A stretch of 28,168 bases of DNA from Utricularia gibba (Eukaryota; Plantae; Magnoliophyta), in assembly GCA_002189035.1 (NCBI GenBank), contig NEEC01000198.1, positions 1 through 28,168 of the forward strand, given 5' to 3'. Shown here piece after piece: positions 12,401 through 22,590 of this stretch. Position 1 is the first letter of the stretch. Every line of letters starts with the position of its first letter. The notes beneath the pieces were generated by a model that worked only from the letters and a program-made list of their open reading frames with translations, made no database searches and was not told the DNA's origin. The translations under genes were made by a program, and so were the position numbers.

Positions 12401-14786
12401 CATAGTCATTTGTAGCTCGGCAAAAAATTGATGCATTTATTAACGTTGGTTTAATAGGCTGCCTACATGGTTTCTCAAGGAAAAGCTTGTCGTTTCTGGG
12501 CGGTGATGTCTTTTGGAACTTCGTTCTGACCAGGTTCGGTCTGACTCCTTTGCCACATCGGGTCCTACTCGACGAAAATCGTGATGCAGTTATTGAAGTT
12601 AGGATTTCATGAGCACCCAAAATGGTTTTCTCAACCGCATGCTTTATATTTGATAAGGTGCTCTCGTGGGGCAACGGTATCGAGTAGGAGGTCGAGTCGA
12701 GCTCGGGCCCATAGTCATTTGTAGCTCGGCAAAAAACTTGATGCATTTATTAACGGTTGGTTTTAATAGGCTGCTCAATGGTTTTCTCAAGGAAAAGCTT
12801 GTCGTTTTTGGCGGGTGATGTCGTTGTGAACTTCGTTCTGACCCAAGGTTCGGTCTGTCTCCTTTGCCAAATCTGGTCCTACTCGACGAAAATCGTGATG
12901 CAGTTATTGAAGTTAGGATTTCATGAGCACCCAAAATGCTTTTCTCGCATGCTTTGTAGTTGAGGAGGCGCTCTAGTGGGGCACGGTATCGGGCAAAAGG
13001 TCGAGTCGGGCTCGCTCCAGAGTCATTTTTAGCCCAAAAAAATGATGCATTTATTAACGTTGGGTTTTAATAGGCTGCCTACATGGTTTCTCAAGGAAAA
13101 GCTTGTCGTTTCTGGGGGTGATGTCTTTTGGAACTTCGTTCTGACCATAGGTTCGGTCTGACTCCTTTGCCACATCGGGTCCTACTCGACGAAAATCGTG
13201 ATGCAGTTATTGAAGTTAGGATTTCATGAGCACCCAAAATGGTTTTCTCAACCGCATGCTTTATATTTGATAAGGTGCTCTCGTGGGGCAACGGTATCGA
13301 GTAGGAGGTCGAGTCGAGCTCGGGCCCATAGTCATTTGTAGCTCGGCAAAAAACTTGATGCATTTATTAACGGTTGGTTTTAATAGGCTGCCTCAATGGT
13401 TTCTCAAGGAAAAGCTTGTCGTTTTTGGGCGGGTGATGTCGTTGTGAACTTCGTTCTGACCAAGGTTCGGTCTGTCTCCTTTGCCAAATCTGGTCCTACT
13501 CGACGAAAATCGTGATGCAGTTATTGAAGTTAGGATTTCATGAGCACCCAAAATGGTTTTCTCAACCGCATGCTTTATATTTGATAAGGCGCTCTCGTGG
13601 GGCAACGGTATCGAGCAGGAGGTCGAGTCGAGCTCGGCCCAGAGTCATTTGTAGCCCGGCAAAAAAATTGATGCATTTATTAACGTTGGTTATTAGGCTG
13701 CCTACATGTTTCTCAAGGAAAAGCTTGTCGTTTCTGGGCGGGTGATGTCTTTTGGAACTTCGTTCTGACCAAGGTTCGGTCTGACTCCTTTGCCACATCG
13801 GGTCCTACTCGACGAAAATCGTGATGCAGTTATTGAAGTTAGGATTTCATGAGCACCCAAAATGGTTTTCTCAACCGCATGCTTTATATTTGATAAGGTG
13901 CTCTCGTGGGGCAACGGTATCGAGTAGGAGGTCGAGTCGAGCTCGGGCCCATAGTCATTTGTAGCTCGGCAAAAAACTTGATGCATTTATTAACGGTTGG
14001 TTTTAATAGGCTGCCTAATGGTTTCTCAAGGAAAAGCTTGTCGTTTTTGGGCGGGTGATGTCGTTGTGAACTTCGTTCTGACCAAGGTTCGGTCTGTCCT
14101 TTGCCAAATCTGGTCCTACTCGACGAAAATCGTGATGCAGTTATTGAAGTTAGGATTTCATGAGCACCCAAAATGCTTTTCTCAATCGCATGCTTGTAGT
14201 TGAGGAGGCGCTCTAGTGGGGCACGGTATCGGCAAAAGGTCGAGTCGGCTCGCCCAGAGTCATTTTAGCCTGTCAAAAAAATGATGCATTTATTAACGTT
14301 GGTTTTAATAGGCTGCCTACATGGTTTCTCAAGGAAAAGCTTGTCGTTTCTGGGGGGTGATGTCTTTTGGAACTTCGTTCTGACCATAGGTTCGGTCTGA
14401 CTCCTTTGCCACATCGGGTCCTACTCGACGAAAATCGTGATGCAGTTATTGAAGTTAGGATTTCATGAGCACCCAAAATGGTTTTCTCAACCGCATGCTT
14501 TATATTTGATAAGGTGCTCTCGTGGGGCAACGGTATCGAGTAGGAGGTCGAGTCGAGCTCGGGCCCATAGTCATTTGTAGCTCGGCAAAAAATTGATGCA
14601 TTTATTAACGGGTTTTAATAGGCTGCCTCAATGGTTTTCTCAAGGAAAAGCTTGTCGTTTTGGGCGGGTGATGTCGTTGTGAACTTCGTTCTGACCAAGG
14701 TTCGGTCTGACTCCTTTGCCAATCGGGTCCTACTCGACGAAAATCGTGATGCAGTTATTGAAGTTAGGATTCATGAGCACCCAAAA

Positions 14787-15098
14787 TGGTTTTCTCAACC
14801 GCATGCTTTATATTTGATAAGGCGCTCTCGTGGGGCAACGGTATCGAGCAGGAGGTCGAGTCGAGCTCGGGCCCATAGTCATTTGTAGCTCGGCAAAAAA
14901 CTTGATGCATTTATTAACGTTGGGTTTTAATAGGCTGCCTACATGTTTTCTCAAGGAAAAGCTTGTCGTTTTTGGGCGGGTGATGTCGTTGTGAACTTCG
15001 TTCTGACCCAAGGTTCGGTCTGTCCTTTGCCAATCGGGTCCTACTCGACGAAAATCGTGATGCAGTTATTGAAGTTAGGATTTCATGAGCACCCAAAA
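14787..15098. repeat. Representative class D monomer (about 312 bp)
   Basis: aaggcgctctc, gagcagg, cccatag, gctcggc, aacgttggg and cctacatgttttc, followed by an A-type second half (gtcgttgtgaac, acccaagg). Similar copies at 7676, 8918, 12007, 19464, 23525, 24460 and 27540. The boundary with classes A and C is blurred. Confidence 0.6.
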
Positions 15099-15413
15099 TG
15101 GTTTTCTCAACCGCATGCTTTATATTTGATAAGGTGCTCTCGTGGGGCAACGGTATCGAGTAGGAGGTCGAGTCGAGCTCGGGCCCATAGTCATTTGTAG
15201 CTCGGCAAAAAACTTGATGCATTTATTAACGTTGGTTTTAATAGGCTGCCTCAATGGTTTTCTCAAGGAAAAGCTTGTCGTTTTTGGGCGGGTGATGTCG
15301 TTGTGAACTTCGTTCTGACCCAAGGTTCGGTCTGTCTCCTTTGCCAAATCTGGTCCTACTCGACGAAAATCGTGATGCAGTTATTGAAGTTAGGATTTCA
15401 TGAGCACCCAAAA

Positions 15414-15726
15414 TGCTTTTGTCAATCGCATGCTTTGTAGTTGAGGAGGCGCTCTAGTGGGGCACGGTATCGGGCAAAAGGTCGAGTCGGGCTCGCTCCC
15501 AGAGTCATTTTTAGCCTGTCAAAAAAAGTGATGCATTTATTAACGTTGGGTTTTAATAGGCTGCCTACATGGTTTCTCAAGGAAAAGCTTGTCGTTTCTG
15601 GGGGGTGATGTCTTTTGGAACTTCGTTCTGACCATAGGTTCGGTCTGACTCCTTTGCCACATCGGGTCCTACTCGACGAAAATCGTGATGCAGTTATTGA
15701 AGTTAGGATTTCATGAGCACCCAAAA
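15414..15726. repeat. Representative class B monomer (313 bp)
   Basis: Diagnostic states: tgcttttgtcaatcg, tgtagttgaggaggcgctctagt, tcgggcaaaagg, gggctcgctcccagag, ttttagcctgtc, aagtgatgc, gtcttttggaac, accatagg, tctgactcc, acatcggg. I counted 26 copies, starting at 317, 3699, 4615, 5596, 6760, 8300, 9538, 10158, 10780, 11699, 12937, 14174, 15414, 16043, 16670, 17598, 18527, 19154, 20093, 21029, 21967, 22907, 24151, 25394, 26637 and 27227. Confidence 0.9.
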
Positions 15727-15883
15727 TGGTTTTCTCAACCGCATGCTTTATATTTGATAAGGTGCTCTCGTGGGGCAACGGTATCGAGTAGGAGGTCGAG
15801 TCGAGCTCGGGCCCATAGTCATTTGTAGCTCGGCAAAAAACTTGATGCATTTATTAACGGTTGGTTTTAATAGGCTGCCTCAA
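15727..15883. repeat. Alpha subunit (157 bp) of the monomer
   Basis: Begins tggttttctcaa and contains tgatgcatttattaac near its end. It is collinear with the beta subunit. Confidence 0.8.
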
Positions 15884-16042
15884 TGGTTTTCTCAAGGAAA
15901 AGCTTGTCGTTTTTGGGCGGGTGATGTCGTTGTGAACTTCGTTCTGACCCAAGGTTCGGTCTGTCTCCTTTGCCAAATCTGGTCCTACTCGACGAAAATC
16001 GTGATGCAGTTATTGAAGTTAGGATTTCATGAGCACCCAAAA
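15884..16042. repeat. Beta subunit (159 bp) of the monomer
   Basis: Also begins tggttttctcaa and contains tgatgcagttattgaag at the equivalent offset. Confidence 0.8.
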
Positions 16043-19000
16043 TGCTTTTGTCAATCGCATGCTTTGTAGTTGAGGAGGCGCTCTAGTGGGGCACGGTATC
16101 GGGCAAAAGGTCGAGTCGGGCTCGCTCCAGAGTCATTTTTAGCCTGTCAAAAAAAGTGATGCATTTATTAACGTTGGGTTTTAATAGGCTGCCTACATGG
16201 TTTCTCAAGGAAAAGCTTGTCGTTTCTGGGCGGGTGATGTCTTTTGGAACTTCGTTCTGACCATAGGTTCGGTCTGACTCCTTTGCCACATCGGGTCCTA
16301 CTCGACGAAAATCGTGATGCAGTTATTGAAGTTAGGATTTCATGAGCACCCAAAATGGTTTTCTCAACCGCATGCTTTATATTTGATAAGGTGCTCTCGT
16401 GGGGCAACGGTATCGAGTAGGAGGTCGAGTCGAGCTCGGGCCCATAGTCATTTGTAGCTCGGCAAAAAACTTGATGCATTTATTAACGGTTGGTTTTAAT
16501 AGGCTGCCTCAATGGTTTTCTCAAGGAAAAGCTTGTCGTTTTTGGGCGGGTGATGTCGTTGTGAACTTCGTTCTGACCAAGGTTCGGTCTGACTCCTTTG
16601 CCAAATCGGTCCTACTCGACGAAAATCGTGATGCAGTTATTGAAGTTAGGATTTCATGAGCACCCAAAATGCTTTTCAATCGCATGCTTTGTATTGAGGA
16701 GGCGCTCTAGTGGGGCACGGTATCGGCAAAAGGTCGAGTCGGGCTCGCTCCCAGAGTCATTTTAGCCTGTCAAAAAAAGTGATGCATTTATTAACGTTGG
16801 GTTTTAATAGGCTGCCTACATGGTTTCTCAAGGAAAAGCTTGTCGTTTCTGGGGGGTGATGTCTTTGGAACTTCGTTCTGACCATAGGTTCGGTCTGACT
16901 CCTTTGCCACATCGGGTCCTACTCGACGAAAATCGTGATGCAGTTATTGAAGTTAGGATTTCATGAGCACCCAAAATGGTTTTCTCAACCGCATGCTTTA
17001 TATTTGATAAGGCACTCTCGTGGGGCAACGGTATCGAGCAGGAGGTCGAGTCGAGCTCGGCCCAGAGTCATTTGTAGCCGGCAAAAAAATTGATGCATTT
17101 ATTAACGTTGGTTTATTAGGCTGCCTACATGTTTCTCAAGGAAAAGCTTGTCGTTTCTGGGCGGGTGATGTCTTTTGGAACTTCGTTCTGACCAAGTTCG
17201 GTCTGACTCCTTTGCCACATCGGGTCCTACTCGACGAAAATCGTGATGCAGTTATTGAAGTTAGGATTCATGAGCACCCAAAATGGTTTTCTCAACCGCA
17301 TGCTTTATATTTGATAAGGCCTCTCGTGGGCAACGGTATCGAGTAGGAGGTCGAGTCGAGCTCGGGCCCATAGTCATTTGTAGCTCGGCAAAAAACTTGA
17401 TGCATTTATTAACGGTTGGTTTTAATAGGCTGCCTCAATGGTTTTCTCAAGGAAAAGCTTGTCGTTTTTGGGCGGGTGATGTCGTTGTGAACTTCGTTCT
17501 GACCCAAGGTTCGGTCTGTCTCCTTTGCCAAATCTGGTCCTACTCGACGAAAATCGTGATGCAGTTATTGAAGTTAGGATTTCATGAGCACCCAAAATGC
17601 TTTTCAACGCATGCTTTGTATTGAGGAGGCGCTCTAGTGGGGCACGGTATCGGGCAGGTCGAGTCGGGCTCGCCCAGAGTCATTTTTAGCCGTCAAAAAA
17701 AGTGATGCATTTATTAACGTTGGGTTTTAATAGGCTGCCTACATGGTTTCTCAAGGAAAAGCTTGTCGTTTCTGGGCGGGTGATGTCTTTTGGAACTTCG
17801 TTCTGACCATAGGTTCGGTCTGACTCCTTTGCCACATCGGGTCCTACTCGACGAAAATCGTGATGCAGTTATTGAAGTTAGGATATCATGAGCACCCAAA
17901 ATGGTTTTCTCAACCGCATGCTTTATATTTGATAAGGCACTCTCGTGGGGCAACGGTATCGAGCAGGAGGTCGAGTCGAGCTCGGCCCAGAGTCATTTGT
18001 AGCCCGGCAAAAAAATTGATGCATTTATTAACGTTGGTTTTATTAGGCTGCCTACATAGTTTCTCAAGGAAAAGCTTGTCGTTTCTGGGCGGGTGATGTC
18101 TTTTGGAACTTCGTTCTGACCAAGGTTCGGTCTGACTCCTTTGCCATCGGGTCCTACTCGACGAAAATCGTGATGCAGTTATTGAAGTTAGGATTTCATG
18201 AGCACCCAAAATGGTTTTCTCAACCGCATGCTTTATATTTGATAAGGTGCTCTCGTGGGGCAACGGTATCGAGTAGGAGGTCGAGTCGAGCTCGGGCCCA
18301 TAGTCATTTGTAGCTCGGCAAAAAACTTGATGCATTTATTAACGTTGGTTTTAATAGGCTGCCTCAATGGTTTTCTCAAGGAAAAGCTTGTCGTTTTTGG
18401 GCGGGTGATGTCGTTGTGAACTTCGTTCTGACCCAAGGTTCGGTCTGTCTCCTTTGCCAAATCTGGTCCTACTCGACGAAAATCGTGATGCAGTTATTGA
18501 AGTTAGGATTTCATGAGCACCCAAAATGCTTTTGTCAATCGCATGCTTTGTAGTTGAGGAGGCGCTCTAGTGGGGCACGGTATCGGGCAAAAGGTCGAGT
18601 CGGGCTCGCTCCAGAGTCATTTTTAGCCTGTCAAAAAAAGTGATGCATTTATTAACGTTGGGTTTTAATAGGCTGCCTACATGGTTTCTCAAGGAAAAGC
18701 TTGTCGTTTCTGGCGGGTGATGTCTTTTGGAACTTCGTTCTGACCATAGGTTCGGTCTGACTCCTTTGCCACATCGGGTCCTACTCGACGAAAATCGTGA
18801 TGCAGTTATTGAAGTTAGGATTTCATGAGCACCCAAAATGGTTTTCTCAACCGCATGCTTTATATTTGATAAGGTGCTCTCGTGGGGCAACGGTATCGAG
18901 TAGGAGGTCGAGTCGAGCTCGGGCCCATAGTCATTTGTAGCTCGGCAAAAAACTTGATGCATTTATTAACGTTGGTTTTAATAGGCTGCCTCAATGGTTT

Positions 19001-22000
19001 TCTCAAGGAAAAGCTTGTCGTTTTTGGGCGGGTGATGTCGTTGTGAACTTCGTTCTGACCCAAGGTTCGGTCTGTCTCCTTTGCCAAATCTGGTCCTACT
19101 CGACGAAAATCGTGATGCAGTTATTGAAGTTAGGATTTCATGAGCACCCAAAATGCTTTTGTCAACGCATGCTTTGTAGTTGAGGAGGCGCTCTAGTGGG
19201 GCACGGTATCGGCAAAAGGTCGAGTCGGGCTCGCTCCCAGAGTCATTTTTAGCCTGTCAAAAAAAGTGATGCATTTATTAACGTTGGGTTTTAATAGGCT
19301 GCCTACATGTTTCTCAAGGAAAAGCTTGTCGTTTCTGGCGGGTGATGTCTTTTGGAACTTCGTTCTGACCATAGGTTCGGTCTGACTCCTTTGCCACATC
19401 GGGTCCTACTCGACGAAAATCGTGATGCAGTTATTGAAGTTAGGATTTCATGAGCACCCAAAATGGTTTTCTCAACCGCATGCTTTATATTTGATAAGGC
19501 GCTCTCGTGGGGCAACGGTATCGAGCAGGAGGTCGAGTCGAGCTCGGGCCCAGAGTCATTTGTAGCTCGGCAAAAAAATTGATGCATTTATTAACGTTGG
19601 TTTTAATAGGCTGCCTACATGTTTTTCTCAAGGAAAAGCTTGTCGTTTTTGGGCGGGTGATGTCGTTGTGAACTTCGTTCTGACCCAAGGTTCGGTCTGT
19701 CTCCTTTGCCACATCGGTCCTACTCGACGAAAATCGTGATGCAGTTATTGAAGTTAGGATTTCATGAGCACCCAAAATGGTTTTCTCAACCGCATGCTTT
19801 ATATTTGATAAGGTGCTCTCGTGGGGCAACGGTATCGAGTAGGAGGTCGAGTCGAGCTCGGGCCCATAGTCATTTGTAGCTCGGCAAAAAACTTGATGCA
19901 TTTATTAACGGTTGGTTTTAATAGGCTGCCTAATGGTTTTCTCAAGGAAAAGCTTGTCGTTTTTGGGCGGGTGATGTCGTTGTGAACTTCGTTCTGACCC
20001 AAGGTTCGGTCTGTCTCCTTTGCCAAATCTGGTCCTACTCGACGAAAATCGTGATGCAGTTATTGAAGTTAGGATTTCATGAGCACCCAAAATGCTTTTT
20101 CAATCGCATGCTTTGTAGTTGAGGAGGCGCTCTAGTGGGGCACGGTATCGGGCAAAAGGTCGAGTCGGGCTCGCCCAGAGTCATTTTTAGCCTGTCAAAA
20201 AAGTGATGCATTTATTAACGTTGGGTTTTAATAGGCTGCCTACATGGTTTCTCAAGGAAAAGCTTGTCGTTTCTGGGCGGGTGATGTCTTTTGGAACTTC
20301 GTTCTGACCATAGGTTCGGTCTGACTCCTTTGCCACATCGGGTCCTACTCGACGAAAATCGTGATGCAGTTATTGAAGTTAGGATTCATGAGCACCCAAA
20401 ATGGTTTTCTCAACCGCATGCTTTATATTTGATAAGGCACTCTCGTGGGGCAACGGTATCGAGTAGGAGGTCGAGTCGAGCTCGGGCCCATAGTCATTTG
20501 TAGCTCGGCAAAAAACTTGATGCATTTATTAACGGTTGGTTTTAATAGGCTGCCTCAATGGTTTTCTCAAGGAAAAGCTTGTCGTTTTTGGCGGGTGATG
20601 TCGTTGTGAACTTCGTTCTGACCCAAGGTTCGGTCTGACTCCTTTGCCAATCGGGTCCTACTCGACGAAAATCGTGATGCAGTTATTGAAGTTAGGATTT
20701 CATGAGCACCCAAAATGGTTTTCTCAACCGCATGCTTTATATTTGATAAGGTGCTCTCGTGGGGCAACGGTATCGAGTAGGAGGTCGAGTCGAGCTCGGG
20801 CCCATAGTCATTTGTAGCTCGGCAAAAAACTTGATGCATTTATTAACGTTTGGTTTTAATAGGCTGCCTCAATGGTTTCTCAAGGAAAAGCTTGTCGTTT
20901 TTGGGCGGGTGATGTCGTTGTGAACTTCGTTCTGACCAAGGTTCGGTCTGTCTCCTTTGCCAATCTGGTCCTACTCGACGAAAATCGTGATGCAGTTATT
21001 GAAGTTAGGATTTCATGAGCACCCAAAATGTTTTCTCAATCGCATGCTTTGTAGTTGAGGAGGCGCTCTAGTGGGGCACGGTATCGGGCAAAGGTCGAGT
21101 CGGGCTCGCCCAGAGTCATTTTTAGCCTGTCAAAAAAAGTGATGCATTTATTAACGTTGGGTTTTAATAGGCTGCCTACATGGTTTCTCAAGGAAAAGCT
21201 TGTCGTTTCTGGGCGGGTGATGTCTTTTGGAACTTCGTTCTGACCATAGGTTCGGTCTGACTCCTTTGCCACATCGGGTCCTACTCGACGAAAATCGTGA
21301 TGCAGTTATTGAAGTTAGGATTCATGAGCACCCAAAATGGTTTTCTCAACCGCATGCTTTATATTTGATAAGGCACTCTCGTGGGGCAACGGTATCGAGC
21401 AGGAGGTCGAGTCGAGCTCGGTCCCAGAGTCATTTGTAGCCCGGCAAAAAAATTGATGCATTTATTAACGTTCGGCTTTATAGGCTGCCTACATAGTTTC
21501 TCAAGGAAAAGCTTGTCGTTTCTGGGCGGGTGATGTCTTTTGGAACTTCGTTCTGACCATAGGTTCGGTCTGACTCCTTTGCCACATCGGGTCCTACTCG
21601 ACGAAAATCGTGATGCAGTTATTGAAGTTAGGATTTCATGAGCACCCAAAATGGTTTTCTCAACCGCATGCTTTATATTTGATAAGGTGCTCTCGTGGGG
21701 CAACGGTATCGAGTAGGAGGTCGAGTCGAGCTCGGGCCATAGTCATTTGTAGCTCGGCAAAAAACTTGATGCATTTATTAACGGTTGGTTTTAATAGGCT
21801 GCCTCAATGGTTTTCTCAAGGAAAAGCTTGTCGTTTTTGGGCGGGTGATGTCGTTGTGAACTTCGTTCTGACCCAAGGTTCGGTCTGTCTCCTTTGCCAA
21901 ATCTGGTCCTACTCGACGAAAATCGTGATGCAGTTATTGAAGTTAGGATTTCATGAGCACCCAAAATGCTTTTGTCAATCGCATGCTTTGTAGTTGAGGA

Positions 22001-22277
22001 GGCGCTCTAGTGGGGCACGGTATCGGGCAAAAGGTCGAGTCGGGCTCGCTCCAGAGTCATTTTTAGCCTGTCAAAAAAAGTGATGCATTTATTAACGTTG
22101 GGTTTTAATAGGCTGCCTACATGGTTTCTCAAGGAAAAGCTTGTCGTTTCTGGCGGGTGATGTCTTTTGGAACTTCGTTCTGACCATAGGTTCGGTCTGA
22201 CTCCTTTGCCACATCGGGTCCTACTCGACGAAAATCGTGATGCAGTTATTGAAGTTAGGATTCATGAGCACCCAAAA

Positions 22278-22590
22278 TGGTTTTCTCAACCGCATGCTTT
22301 ATATTTGATAAGGCACTCTCGTGGGGCAACGGTATCGAGCAGGAGGTCGAGTCGAGCTCGGCCCAGAGTCATTTGTAGCCGGCAAAAAAATTGATGCATT
22401 TATTAACGTTCGGTTTTATTAGGCTGCCTACATAGTTTCTCAAGGAAAAGCTTGTCGTTTCTGGGCGGGTGATGTCTTTTGGAACTTCGTTCTGACCATA
22501 GGTTCGGTCTGACTCCTTTGCCACATCGGGTCCTACTCGACGAAAATCGTGATGCAGTTATTGAAGTTAGGATTTCATGAGCACCCAAAA
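22278..22590. repeat. Representative class C monomer (313 bp)
   Basis: A-like start, but with aaggcactctc, gagcagg, cccagag, tagcc(c)ggc, aaaattgatg, ttattagg and cctacatagt, followed by a B-type second half (gtcttttgga, accatagg, gactcc, acatcggg). Similar copies at 7371, 11081, 16977, 17902, 21338, 23217 and 26015. Confidence 0.75.

Larger units (their letters stand above)
15727..16042. repeat. Representative class A monomer (316 bp)
   Basis: Diagnostic states: aaggtgctctc, tcgagtagg, gggcccatag, aacggttgg, cctcaatgg, gtcgttgtgaac, tctgtctcc, aaatctggt. The same 316 bp length is seen at 1-316, 22591-22906 and 27851-28166. About 32-33 copies are A or A-like. Confidence 0.9.

Noticed and set aside
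15927-15950. CENP-B box-like motif (cttcgtt in gaacttcgttctgaccc)
   Set aside because: It matches the first part of CTTCGTTGGAAACGGGA but lacks the required A and CGGG of TTCGnnnnAnnCGGG.
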